Positions 39,550 to 49,572 are shown, counted from the stretch's first letter. The stretch: DNA of 64,000 nucleotides from an uncultured delta proteobacterium (GCA_963792965.1 CAWBYW010000004.1:128001-192000); one strand, 5' to 3'. Notes: generated by a model from the letters alone, not told the origin. Program-made: numbers and translations.

Positions 39550-39565
39550 AGCACATTGTGTGCCA
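39550..39565 (-). promoter_or_regulatory. sigma54 (-24/-12) promoter
   Basis: Minus strand TGGCAC-ACAAT-GTGCT with an AT-rich region upstream. Confidence 0.6.
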
Positions 39566-39853
39566 TCGCGCGATATATCGACGAGGTTGATCCACCATAG
39601 ACAACATATTGTAATTATACATATTATTCAGACGCGGGGAAGGATTATTTGTTGCATTATTCTTCATTAGTACGGCAATATTTTGCACTTATGCTCTATT
39701 TTTTGTTTTTTTCTAAATAAATGGACGATCTTTATCTAAAATTTCCTCTATGCTCATGTGAGCTACGGTGCGCCTCATCTTTCCCGAGTCTTGCCCGCCT
39801 TCCGGAGTCGGCGGCGACCGCACCGTGAAATCTCGACGTTTAGATTTTTTCCC

Positions 39854-39900
39854 TTGACACGGCGCTCACGCGAGAGTATAAGCGAATGAACGTTCGTTCG
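39854..39900 (+). promoter_or_regulatory. sigma70 promoter with adjacent TetR-type operator
   Basis: TTGACA-17-TATAAG then the palindrome CGAATGAACGTTCGTTCG (39883-39900). Confidence 0.7.
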
Positions 39901-40040
39901 GGACGGGCGGTCCGACGCGGCCCGATCTTGTCGCTTCTCCGGCTCTCCATTTTTCCCGCGTCCGACGGATCGGGGCTCACACGGGGCCGAGCGGCCGTGT
40001 CTGCTGTGGCGTATCGCTTACTCCCGGCTAAAGGAATCCC

Positions 40041-40649
40041 ATGTCGCGGGTGCAGTCAAGGGTTAAGGATAAGGAGCTTGTCGACGAAAAGAGACGCGCG
40101 ATCGTCGAGGGCGCCATCTCCGTTTTCAAGGAAAAAGGCTACTGGAAGGCCACGGTGCGCGAGATCGCCCAGGCGGCTCACCTCGGCACCGGGAGCATCT
40201 ACGACTACGTCAAGTCCAAGGACGACATCCTCTACCTCTTCTACGAAAATTACATGAACCGCTTCTACGAGAAAGTCAAGGGGGCGGGCATCAAGACGGA
40301 CGACCCGAGACGGGCCCTGGCCACGGCGTACCGCTCACTGGTCGAGGTCTGTTTTGAGCTCGAGGATCAGGTCATCCTCGCCTACACCCAGGCCATGTAT
40401 ATGAAGAAGCGATACCTCAGAGACATCCTGGCCCGTGAGGCCGAGATTGTGGACATATTCAGGGGAATCCTGAACCGGTGCGGGCTGTCGGATCATGAGG
40501 CGCGGCTTTCGGCAAACTACCTGGTCTATTCAGCCGTCTTCGGGGTCTTGAGACGCTGGAATCTCAGGAAAGACTTCACCCAGGCCGAGCTGATCGAATT
40601 TCTCACGAAAGAAAATCTGAAGCGTTTTAATGCTATTAAAGAGATATAG
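40041..40649 (+). CDS. TetR/AcrR-family regulator
   Basis: F.EKGY.KATVREIA.AA....GSIYDYVKSKDDIL HTH. Confidence 0.92.
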   Translation: MSRVQSRVKDKELVDEKRRAIVEGAISVFKEKGYWKATVREIAQAAHLGTGSIYDYVKSKDDILYLFYENYMNRFYEKVKGAGIKTDDPRRALATAYRSLVEVCFELEDQVILAYTQAMYMKKRYLRDILAREAEIVDIFRGILNRCGLSDHEARLSANYLVYSAVFGVLRRWNLRKDFTQAELIEFLTKENLKRFNAIKEI

Positions 40650-40669
40650 TTTATTAAGAGGAGGATTTC

Positions 40670-42592
40670 ATGCATCACGACGAGAGCCGTTACTTACCGT
40701 TTGCCAGTTACGACAAGATGCACGCATTATCGGTAACCGACCCCGAGAAGTTCTGGGCCGGGTGCGCCGAGCATCTGTTCTGGTATAAGAAATGGGACAA
40801 GGTCCTGGATGACTCCAACGCGCCCTTTTACCGATGGTTCGTGGGCGGCAAGACCAATATCTGCTATAACGCGGTCGATCGCCACGCCCTCGGGGCAAAA
40901 AGGGGGATGGCCGCGATCATCTGGGAGTCGCCGACGACGGGCAAGTCGAGGATCCTGACCTATTTTCAGCTCTACCGCGAGGTGAACCGGTTTGCCGGGG
41001 TGCTCAAGAACCTCGGCGTCAAGAAGGGCGATCGCGTTATCATCTACATGCCGATGGTGCCGGAAGCCGTTGTGGCGATGCTGGCGTGCGTTCGTATCGG
41101 GGCCATACACAGCGTCGTGTTCGGGGGCTTCTCGGTTGAGTCGTTGGCCGACCGGATCAACGACGCGGCCCCGAAGGTCCTCGTCTGCGCCGAGGCGGGG
41201 AGCCGCAAGGGCAACAAGATCCCCCTCAAAAAGATCGTCGATGACTCACTGGCGGCGGCAAAGGTAAAGGTCAAACACGTTGTTGTCCTCAACCGCGGGA
41301 TCGGTGATCTCAACCTCGTGGCGGGCAGAGACATCACCTGGGACGAGGCGATGGAAAAACACGGGGAGCTCTTCGTCGAGCCCGAGCAGCTCGATTCCAC
41401 CGACCCCTCCTACATCCTCTACACGTCGGGCACCACCGGCAAGCCCAAAGGCGTCGTACGCGACACGGGCGGCTACATGGTGGCGCTGCACGCCTCCATG
41501 GGGCAGATCTACGACGTGGGGGAGGGCGACGTTTACTTTTCCACCTCCGACATCGGCTGGGTGGTGGGCCACTCCTACATCGTCTACGCGCCGCTCCTCA
41601 AGGGCGTGCCGACGGTGATGTTCGAGGGGACCCCCGACTACCCGAACCCCGGCGTCTGGTGGGACGTGGTGGCCAAGTACGGCGTTACCACGATGTTCTC
41701 GGCTCCCACCGCCATGCGCGTCCTGAGGAAATTCCCGGAGAGCTGGTTCAAGGAAAAGGACCTGAGCTCCCTGAAATACGTCTTCCTGGCGGGAGAGCCG
41801 CTCGATGAGCCGACCTATCACTGGGCAACCAAGGCCCTGGGCACCAAGGTCATCGACCACTACTGGCAGACGGAGTCGGGCTGGCCGATGCTCACCAACA
41901 TGCCGGGGGTCGAGTTTCTCCCGATCAAGCCCGGCTCGCCGACAAAGGGAGCCATGGGCTACCGGTTTTTGGTCGTCAACGAGAAGGGCGAGGAAGTGCC
42001 GCGCGGAGAGAAGGGATTCCTCGTCGCCGAGGGACCGATTCCGCCCGGCACCCTCATGACCATCTGGGGCGACGACCAGCGGTATAAAGAGAGCTATTGG
42101 CAAAACTACCCGGGAAAGAACTACTACCACACGGGTGATTTCGCCATCATGGATAAAGACGGGTACCTCTGGATGCTTGGGCGGGCCGACGAGGTGCTCA
42201 ACGTGGCGGGCCACCGGCTGGGCACCCGCGAGGTGGAAGAGATCCTCTCGTCCCACCCGAAGGTCGCCGAGACCTCCGTTATCGGGGTGAAAGACGAGCT
42301 GAAGGGCGAGGCGATATCGGCGTTCGTCGTGTTGAAGGCCGATGTTAAACCCAGCCCCGAGATCGAAAAAGAGCTGATCAAACTCATCAGGGACAAGATC
42401 GGCGCTATCGCCACGCCGAAGGAGATCCGTTTCATCAGCGCGCTGCCGAAAACGCGCAGCGGGAAGATCATGCGGAGGGTCATCAAGGCGGTGGCGGAGG
42501 GGCAGAAGCTCGGTGATCTGTCCACCATCGAAGACGGCGCGACGGTCGACGAGGTAAAGAAGGCCCTGGAGACGATGGGGGTGGATAAGTAG
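40670..42592 (+). CDS. prpE: propionate/acetate--CoA ligase (PrpE/Acs family)
   Basis: YILYTSGTTGKPKGVVRD.GG, SDIGWVVGHSYIVYAPL, DHYWQTESG, LPKTRSGK. Confidence 0.85.
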   Translation: MHHDESRYLPFASYDKMHALSVTDPEKFWAGCAEHLFWYKKWDKVLDDSNAPFYRWFVGGKTNICYNAVDRHALGAKRGMAAIIWESPTTGKSRILTYFQLYREVNRFAGVLKNLGVKKGDRVIIYMPMVPEAVVAMLACVRIGAIHSVVFGGFSVESLADRINDAAPKVLVCAEAGSRKGNKIPLKKIVDDSLAAAKVKVKHVVVLNRGIGDLNLVAGRDITWDEAMEKHGELFVEPEQLDSTDPSYILYTSGTTGKPKGVVRDTGGYMVALHASMGQIYDVGEGDVYFSTSDIGWVVGHSYIVYAPLLKGVPTVMFEGTPDYPNPGVWWDVVAKYGVTTMFSAPTAMRVLRKFPESWFKEKDLSSLKYVFLAGEPLDEPTYHWATKALGTKVIDHYWQTESGWPMLTNMPGVEFLPIKPGSPTKGAMGYRFLVVNEKGEEVPRGEKGFLVAEGPIPPGTLMTIWGDDQRYKESYWQNYPGKNYYHTGDFAIMDKDGYLWMLGRADEVLNVAGHRLGTREVEEILSSHPKVAETSVIGVKDELKGEAISAFVVLKADVKPSPEIEKELIKLIRDKIGAIATPKEIRFISALPKTRSGKIMRRVIKAVAEGQKLGDLSTIEDGATVDEVKKALETMGVDK

Positions 42593-42615
42593 CTCGTGAA
42601 AAAGAATAGCAACAA

Positions 42616-42643
42616 GAAAAGGCCGGGTCGCCCCGGCCTTTTC
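42616..42643. terminator. bidirectional intrinsic terminator
   Basis: GAAAAGGCCGGG-TCGC-CCCGGCCTTTTC between convergent genes. Confidence 0.8.
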
Positions 42644-42707
42644 CGTTCTTTCGTAGTAGAGGTGAACTATCGACTCTCAGAGGTGAACAATCCGCTTTTT
42701 CCGTCTC

Positions 42708-43745
42708 TTACCCGAGCTGAGTCCCCAGCCTCTTGTTTGTCTCCCGCGCCTCCTTCACCATCCGGTCAATCACCTCGGCCACCGTGGGGGAGTCCTTCAA
42801 GAGACCCATCACCTGTCCCACGGGGAGGACCCCGACCTTATGGTCGCCGTTCTCGGTGGCGCGCTTGATCGCGTCAAAGGCGTTGGCCATGTAGGCCAGG
42901 GCGATCGCCTTTTTCAGACCCGAAGCCAGTACCCCGAAGAAGAGCTTGGAAAAAGGGAGGCCGAGCTGTTTGGCGATGGCCCGGGAGTTGAAGAAGGCCG
43001 CCGGGAGGTTTACACCCCGCTTGATGACCTTGCGCGCCTGCTGGGTGTCCATCACCCGGGCGGGGAGCCCGTCGAAGTGCGCGGAATAGAGCGTATCGTA
43101 GGCCGTCATTTCCATCGACAGCTTCTTGTAGTAGTCATGAAGAGGGCTCTCCTTTGTCGTCATGAAGCGGGTCCCCATCGCCACGGCGTCGGCACCTAAA
43201 GACAGGGCGGCGGCCAGCCCCCGCCCATCGGCAAAACCGCCTGCCGCGATGACAGGGATAGTGAGGCTGTCTTTAAGAGTGGGGATCAGGATGAGGGAGG
43301 TGACCGGCCCCCCGTGGCCCGCGGCCTCGTGACCCGTGACGATAACGGCGTCGGCGCCGTAGTCCTGGGCGCGCTTTGCATGGCGGACGTTGACGACGGT
43401 GGCCATGACCTTACCGCCGTACTCGTGGGCGCGCTTGACGATCCAGTCTCCCTTGCCGAGGGCGAAGTTGATGACCGGCACCTTTTCCTGAAGCAGCGCC
43501 TCGGCGTTGGCGTATGCGCCGGGCAGCATCAACGATGCGTTGGCGGCAAAGGGTTTCTTCGTGAGGCTCCTGATCTCGCGGACGGCCTGCCGTGTCTCGT
43601 CGGCCGAGAGCGGGCCGGTGGCGAGGATCCCGAGTCCGCCGGCCTCGGAGACGGCGGCCACCATCTTCGGGACGGAGATCCAGCTCATGCCCGAGAGGAT
43701 GATCGGATACTGAATGCCAAAGAGTTCAGTGATACGGGTCTTCAT
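42708..43745 (-). CDS. nitronate monooxygenase/FabK-like flavoprotein, paralog 1
   Basis: GI.YPI...GM.WIS, AAVSEAGGLG, EAAGHGG, IAAGGFADGRG, MGTRF. Confidence 0.88.
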   Translation of the reverse strand: MKTRITELFGIQYPIILSGMSWISVPKMVAAVSEAGGLGILATGPLSADETRQAVREIRSLTKKPFAANASLMLPGAYANAEALLQEKVPVINFALGKGDWIVKRAHEYGGKVMATVVNVRHAKRAQDYGADAVIVTGHEAAGHGGPVTSLILIPTLKDSLTIPVIAAGGFADGRGLAAALSLGADAVAMGTRFMTTKESPLHDYYKKLSMEMTAYDTLYSAHFDGLPARVMDTQQARKVIKRGVNLPAAFFNSRAIAKQLGLPFSKLFFGVLASGLKKAIALAYMANAFDAIKRATENGDHKVGVLPVGQVMGLLKDSPTVAEVIDRMVKEARETNKRLGTQLG

Positions 43746-43994
43746 GGTCAGTAGCTCCTACCAGATTTATTGAGGAATCAGTATGTGTAAGTAATACTCA
43801 CTTACTATCTCAAGGAAAAAAAATTGATTTGCCAGTCAATCTCACCCGCGCACTATACCACCGGCGCTTTCTATTGGCAAGAAAAAATGGGCGACGGGCC
43901 ACGTAATCTTACGGAGGAATGGTACGTTAATGTCAGGAGCACGATGGGTTTTATGAGACTCATGCGGCGGGTATCTCAGGCGGTTGAAACGAAG

Positions 43995-44019
43995 GCGGCG
44001 GGCCGTATCGGCCCGCCGC
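43995..44019 (-). terminator. hairpin downstream of paralog 2
   Basis: GCGGCGGGCCG-TAT-CGGCCCGCCGC; weak U tract on the minus strand. Confidence 0.5.
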
Positions 44020-44069
44020 ACCATTCTTTTCCGCACATCGAACAAGGACCGTGAGTATCCTTTAGCAGA

Positions 44070-45107
44070 TCAACCGGCCATACCGGACACCTTCTTGGAC
44101 ACGTCCTTGGCTTCCTTGACCATCCGGTCCAGCAGTTCTGCTACGGAGGGGATGTCATGGATGAGGCCCGTGGCCTGGCCCACCGTGAGCACGCCCTTCT
44201 TGAGGTCCCCCTTCTCGGTCGCCCTCATGATGGCGTCAAACGCGGTGGCCATGTAGCCCAGCTGCTTGGCGTTCTTATAGCCGGAGAACATCACCCCGAA
44301 GAAGAGCTTCAGGTAGGGGAGGTGAAGCTGCTCGGCGATCATCTTCGAATTGACGAGCGCGCCGAAGGGATCGAACCCCTTCTTGATGGCCTTCCTTGCC
44401 GCCGGTGTATCGAGCACGCGGCAACCCATGCCGTCGAAGCGCGTGGAGTAGATGGTATCATCAACCGTCTTTTCCATAGAGAGCTTCTTATACGTCTCGT
44501 GCAGGGTGCTTTCTTTGGTAGACATGAACCGGGTCCCCATGGCGATGCCGTCGGCACCGAGGGCCAGCGCCGCCGCCAAGCCCCGGCCGTCGGCAAATCC
44601 TCCCGCCGCGATGATCGGGATCTTCACGGTATCCGCGATACTCGGGATCAGCAACAGGGAGGTAGCGTCGCCGCCGTGGGCCGCGGCCTCGTGTCCCGTG
44701 ACGACGAGGGCGTCCGTGCCGTAGTCCTGGGCGCGTCGCGCGTGGCGAGAGTTGACGACGGTGGCGATGACCTTGCCGCCGTATTCGTGGGCGCGCTTGA
44801 CGACCCAGTCGCCCTTGCCGAGCGAAAAGTTGATAACCGGAACCTTTTCTTCCAAGAGCACCATGGCGTTTTGCGCCGCCCCGGGAAAGAGGAGCGTGGC
44901 GTTGGCGCCGAAGGGCTTCTTGGTGAGCTTTCTGATTTCTTTCACGGCGGCGCGGGTCTGGTCGGGATCCAGCGGTCCCGTTGCCAGCAGCCCCAGACCC
45001 CCGGCCTCGGAGACGGCGGCCACCATCTTCGGGACGGAGATCCAACTCATCCCCGAGAGCATGATGGGATATTTGATGCCAAACAATTCGGTAATGCGAG
45101 TCTTCAT
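44070..45107 (-). CDS. nitronate monooxygenase/FabK-like flavoprotein, paralog 2
   Basis: Same motifs and same length (345 aa) as paralog 1; own TTGACA-16-TATAAT promoter at 45163-45190. Confidence 0.88.
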   Translation of the reverse strand: MKTRITELFGIKYPIMLSGMSWISVPKMVAAVSEAGGLGLLATGPLDPDQTRAAVKEIRKLTKKPFGANATLLFPGAAQNAMVLLEEKVPVINFSLGKGDWVVKRAHEYGGKVIATVVNSRHARRAQDYGTDALVVTGHEAAAHGGDATSLLLIPSIADTVKIPIIAAGGFADGRGLAAALALGADGIAMGTRFMSTKESTLHETYKKLSMEKTVDDTIYSTRFDGMGCRVLDTPAARKAIKKGFDPFGALVNSKMIAEQLHLPYLKLFFGVMFSGYKNAKQLGYMATAFDAIMRATEKGDLKKGVLTVGQATGLIHDIPSVAELLDRMVKEAKDVSKKVSGMAG

Positions 45108-45294
45108 CCGGTTCCTCCTTGGGATCTATTGATTTTCACTTTTGTTTTAAAAAAACAGGTGCATTATATCGAAATCGACCGGCCTGTCAAATAAAATACC
45201 CCGGGTCAGCACCATTTTGCAGACGTGTAGAGGTCGTCTCTTTCAGACGACGCGAGAGGCGCGTCCATGTCGATACCACATCGCCCGGGCACGT

Positions 45295-46431
45295 TCACTG
45301 CGCGGCACCGATGATAGGGAAGACCGTCTTCCTGATATAGTCAACGACGCGATCGATCTCCCGCTCGTTTCTCTCTTTGGTCGGGCCGGTTATATAGATG
45401 TGCGGGTCGGACAAGTCGCCCCCCTCGATCTCCGGGCCGGTCATGACACCGGAGAGAAGACCGGCGTACGGGTTTTCCATCTCGATCCCGTTCAGTTCCG
45501 CCCATGCGATCGTCCATGCGCGCGTCGCCTTCTCGAGGTTATATCCGCCGCCGCCCATCCCGACGATCTTATTGCACAACGTGCGCATCTGCCCGGTGAC
45601 CGTGCGGGTGCAGTTATTGGTGAGACACAGGTTGGTCAGGGGGTCGTTGGCCATGCCGTCGGCGCCCAGCTGGGCGAGGATCACGTCCGGCCCAAATGCC
45701 TTCACCGCCGGAGGGACAATCGCGAAGTAGGCCTTCAGATAGAGATCGTCGTCGGTCTGGGGGGGAATCGGGACGTTAATGGTGTAGCCGCGCCCCTTTC
45801 CCGTGCCGATCTCGTTTTCGAAGCCGGTGCCGGGATAGATAGTGTATCCGCTCTGGTGAATGGAGATGATCAGCGCTCCGTCGTCATCATAGAAGGCCGC
45901 CTCGACGCCGTTGGCGTGGTGGGCGTCTATATCGATGTACGCGAAGCGCTTACCCTGCCGTCGCAGGATCTTCCCGGCGACGGCGATATCGTTGATATAA
46001 CAGAAGCCCTCGGCGTGATCGGGAAAGGCGTGGTGGAACCCGCCGATCGGGTTGAAGGCGACGGCCTGCCCGTCGGTGTCCATAACGCGGTCAAGACCCA
46101 CGAGGGTGCCCCCCGCGGCGACATTACTCTTTTGGAACATCTCTTCAAATATCGGGTTATCGGAGGTCCCGAGGCCCGCTCTTACCGTTTCCTCGGTGAT
46201 CTCTCCGTGACCCGCCGCCTTGAGCGTTGTGAGGTACTCCCGGGTGTGAAACAACAACAGGAGCTCTTCGGGGATGGGCGTGGGCTCCACGATCGAAATC
46301 CACGGCTCGTCGACCAGGCCGTATTTTCTGCAGAGATTGATCATCATCTGCGCGCGTTCGGGGCGGAAGGGGTGGTCCGGACCGTAGGAGAAGCGGGAAA
46401 CGGCGTCGGAATAGATAAAGAAGCTCTTCAT
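45295..46431 (-). CDS. acuC: AcuC/HDAC-family Zn-dependent deacetylase
   Basis: HPFRPER, GGFHHA....AEGFCYIND, YIDIDAHH, PGTG, QLGAD..NDPL, GGGGY. Confidence 0.88.
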   Translation of the reverse strand: MKSFFIYSDAVSRFSYGPDHPFRPERAQMMINLCRKYGLVDEPWISIVEPTPIPEELLLLFHTREYLTTLKAAGHGEITEETVRAGLGTSDNPIFEEMFQKSNVAAGGTLVGLDRVMDTDGQAVAFNPIGGFHHAFPDHAEGFCYINDIAVAGKILRRQGKRFAYIDIDAHHANGVEAAFYDDDGALIISIHQSGYTIYPGTGFENEIGTGKGRGYTINVPIPPQTDDDLYLKAYFAIVPPAVKAFGPDVILAQLGADGMANDPLTNLCLTNNCTRTVTGQMRTLCNKIVGMGGGGYNLEKATRAWTIAWAELNGIEMENPYAGLLSGVMTGPEIEGGDLSDPHIYITGPTKERNEREIDRVVDYIRKTVFPIIGAAQ

Positions 46432-46656
46432 GGGAGCGACTCGGTGTGTCGGTTATATCGCATTGATATCGTCATCGCCGCCGGGGTGGAGCGCGGCGTC
46501 GTGTAAGGTGCGGTCATTTTTCTAGGGCACTTCCGTATGTCGGAATCGCGGCATCGTTGATGATAAACACTCTTTTTATACCAATAGCAGAGCCACAAGT
46601 CAATAGAAAAGGCCGGGGGTATTCGGCGGAAATAATGGGGAATAGATAAAAAAAGC

Positions 46657-46707
46657 TTGACACCGTTCGATTTCTTGTGTTAAAAAACTTGAATGAATAG
46701 TCATTCA
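46657..46707 (+). promoter_or_regulatory. promoter with FadR(YsiA)-type operator
   Basis: TTGACA at 46657-46662; TGAATGAATAGTCATTCA at 46690-46707 fits the Bacillus FadR box TGAATGAnTAnTCATTCA. Confidence 0.8.
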
Positions 46708-46831
46708 TTATCCTGCCCGCCGACTGAGGGGGCAGGGGCAAAGGCCGCCGCGAAAGGCGTTTATTCGACCAGAAAAAGAGTGACAGCGCATCTGGACCTG
46801 CCGCCCTTTAGCGAGAGGGAGTGAACCGCTC

Positions 46832-47431
46832 ATGAGGGGAGAAGATAAACACGCGAAGATCATCAAGGCCGCCGTAAAGGTCTTTGCGAAAAACGGATTT
46901 TACAATTCACGCGTCTCGGAGATCGCCAAGGAGGCCCAGGTGGCCGACGGGACGGTCTATCTTTATTTCAAGAATAAGGACGATATCCTGATCCGCCTCT
47001 TCGAAGAGGAGATGGACAAGATCATCACCAATATGAAAGAAGAGATGGAACGGGTCGCCGATCCGTCCGAGAAACTGAGGAGATTTGCCCTCATTCATCT
47101 CAATATGGTCAGGGAAAACAAGAACCTTGCCGAAGTCATCCAGGTGGAGTTGCGGCAGAGCTCAAAATTTATGCACGAATATAAGAACAGAAAGTTTATC
47201 GAATATCTCAACATTATCTCGGGAATCGTCAAGGACGGTCAGAGGACCGGCCACTTTCGGCCCGACGCCATGCCGGGGCTCTTCAAGCGCTCGTTCTTTG
47301 GGGCGCTGGATGAGCTCTCCAATATGTTCGTCTTCTCGTCGAAGCGAAAATATAACGTGGAGATGGCCTCCGAGCAGGTCGCTTCTTTCTTCATCGCAGG
47401 GCTGGTCCCGCTGTCCGGCCAGAAGGGGTGA
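46832..47431 (+). CDS. fadR: TetR-family fatty-acid catabolism repressor (FadR/YsiA-like)
   Basis: IAKEAQVADGTVYLYFKNKDDILI.LFEE, QVELRQS, FGALDE; heads the beta-oxidation operon. Confidence 0.85.
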   Translation: MRGEDKHAKIIKAAVKVFAKNGFYNSRVSEIAKEAQVADGTVYLYFKNKDDILIRLFEEEMDKIITNMKEEMERVADPSEKLRRFALIHLNMVRENKNLAEVIQVELRQSSKFMHEYKNRKFIEYLNIISGIVKDGQRTGHFRPDAMPGLFKRSFFGALDELSNMFVFSSKRKYNVEMASEQVASFFIAGLVPLSGQKG

Positions 47432-47521
47432 GTCGTGGGTGGATGCCGCCGTCAGGGGCAGATGACAGGCAGATTACCGGTTCCATTTATATAAATAAAT
47501 GATTTGAGAGGAGACATTCGT

Positions 47522-49498
47522 ATGGAAATCAAAAAGGTTGGGGTCATCGGAGGCGGGGCGATGGGGGGTGGAATCGCCTATCTCCTTTCCTCCGTTGGGA
47601 TCGTGACCATCGTCAAGGATATAGAACAGCGGTTTGTCGATAAAGCCATCGAGAACTGCAAGAAGATCTACGACGGCGGGATCAAGAAGGGGAAGATCAC
47701 CCAGGAGGCCGCCGACAAGGGGATGTCTCTTATCACGGGGAGCCTCACCTACGACAGCTTTAAGGATGTGGACCTGATCATCGAGGCGGTTCCCGAGGTG
47801 ATGGATATCAAAAAGAGGGTCTTTGCGGATCTCGACGCCGTTTGCCCGGAGCATACGATCTTCGCCACCAACACGTCGTCCCTCTCGATCGAGGATATCG
47901 CCAAGGCGACCAAGAGGCCGGCCAAGGTCGTGGGTCTGCACTTCTTCAACCCGGCAAATGTCATGCGGCTGGTGGAGGTCATACACTATCCCGGCACCGC
48001 GCCGGAGGTGGTCGAGGCCCTCATGGACTTCTCGGTCAAGATCAAGAAGACCCCCATCGAGGTGGGAAACTGCGCCGGTTTTGCCGTCAACCGCGTCCTC
48101 ATCCCCTACATGGGCGAGGCGATGGCGGCGCTTCTGGACAGCCCCGGCCTCACGACCGCCGACATCGACAAGGCGGCCACCCAGTTCGGCATGCCGATGG
48201 GGCCGTTTACCCTCACCGACCTCGTGGGGCTCGACGTGGGCACCCACGCCGCGGAGACGCTCGAGGCGGCATACGGGGCGCGGTGCGCGGTCTCCCCGAT
48301 CATGAAGGCTATGGTGAAAGCGGGGCTGTTGGGCCAGAAGTCAAAGAAGGGATTCTACGATTACGGCAAGGAGGGGGCGCCCAACAGCGACGAGTTTCTG
48401 AAGATTCTCGCGGAAGAGCGCACAAAGGTAAAGCCGACCGGCGCCTCGTTCGACTTCCTGAGGCTCTTGCTCGTTCAGATCCGCGAAGCACTGATGATCG
48501 TCGAGGAGGGATTTGCCGAGCCCTACGACATCGATACCGGCATGGTCTACGGAACCGGCTTTCCCTACAAGGTCTCGTGGGGCCCGCTCCACTACGCCGA
48601 GGAGGTGCTGGGCTGGGACAAGATCAAGGCCAAGTTCGACGAGTACGCCAAAAGCATCGACCCGGTCAAGTTCAAGGCCCCCAAGATTCTGAACGATCTG
48701 GTCAAGAACAAGACGCGGCTGCTGAAGCGGGCCCACTATAAAGTGGACAGGAACGGTGTCGCGCTGATGTACATCGACAATCCGCCGATGAACGCGCTGG
48801 CCGAAAAGACCGTTCGGGACATCGACGAGGCATTTGGGGCGGCATTCAAGGATCCCAAGGTGAAGGTCATCGTGCTGACCGGCGCGGGCTCCGTCTTCGT
48901 GGCGGGGGCCGACATCAAGGAGATCCAGTTCGTTAAGGGCAAGGAAGAGGGCATAAAGCTCACCCGGATGGGGCAGGAGATACTGAACAAGATCGAATAC
49001 TCGAGGAAGCCCGTCATCGCCGCAATCAACGGCTACTGCCTCGGCGGGGGGCTCGAGATCGCCTCGGCCTGCCACATTCGCTATGCCTCGAGCAAGGCGA
49101 TGATCGGGGTGCCGGAGATCAACCTCGGCATCATCCCCGGATTTGGCGGGACCCAACGGGTGCCGCGGATCGTCGGCAAGGCGCGGGGCATCGAGATGGT
49201 CCTTACCGGTGAGTTTCTCACCGCACAACAGGCCTACGACTACGGCCTTCTCCAGAAGGTCACGACCCCCGACGCGATCGTGCTTGAGGCCAGGAACCTG
49301 GCGACAATTATGGCGGGCAAGGGGCAGGTGGCAATCGCCGCCGCAATGGAGGCGATCACCGAGGGGCTGAAGGTCGTCCAGGATGAAGGGATGAAGATCG
49401 AGTCGGAATGCTTCGGCAGGCTCTGCCTCACCGAGGACAAGAAAGAGGGGATTTCCGCCTTCATCGAAAAGAGGGCACCCAAGTTTAAGGACAAGTAA
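47522..49498 (+). CDS. fused 3-hydroxyacyl-CoA dehydrogenase (N-terminal) / enoyl-CoA hydratase (C-terminal)
   Basis: GGGAMGGGIA, IEAVPE, TNTSSL, GLHFFNPA, PMGPF; FVAGADI, CLGGGLE, PEINLGIIPGFGGTQR. Confidence 0.93.
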   Translation: MEIKKVGVIGGGAMGGGIAYLLSSVGIVTIVKDIEQRFVDKAIENCKKIYDGGIKKGKITQEAADKGMSLITGSLTYDSFKDVDLIIEAVPEVMDIKKRVFADLDAVCPEHTIFATNTSSLSIEDIAKATKRPAKVVGLHFFNPANVMRLVEVIHYPGTAPEVVEALMDFSVKIKKTPIEVGNCAGFAVNRVLIPYMGEAMAALLDSPGLTTADIDKAATQFGMPMGPFTLTDLVGLDVGTHAAETLEAAYGARCAVSPIMKAMVKAGLLGQKSKKGFYDYGKEGAPNSDEFLKILAEERTKVKPTGASFDFLRLLLVQIREALMIVEEGFAEPYDIDTGMVYGTGFPYKVSWGPLHYAEEVLGWDKIKAKFDEYAKSIDPVKFKAPKILNDLVKNKTRLLKRAHYKVDRNGVALMYIDNPPMNALAEKTVRDIDEAFGAAFKDPKVKVIVLTGAGSVFVAGADIKEIQFVKGKEEGIKLTRMGQEILNKIEYSRKPVIAAINGYCLGGGLEIASACHIRYASSKAMIGVPEINLGIIPGFGGTQRVPRIVGKARGIEMVLTGEFLTAQQAYDYGLLQKVTTPDAIVLEARNLATIMAGKGQVAIAAAMEAITEGLKVVQDEGMKIESECFGRLCLTEDKKEGISAFIEKRAPKFKDK

Positions 49499-49572
49499 AG
49501 GATACTCCGGAAGGGACGGGGGAGCCCCCTCCTTTCCGATCTTATAGCAGCGAAACGAAAGGGGGTGAAACG

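Noticed and set aside
46712-46800. GGCAAA...GAAA in the fadR leader resembling a c-di-GMP-I riboswitch
   Set aside because: The GCAAAGC junction and P3 receptor are missing; the FadR operator already explains regulation here.
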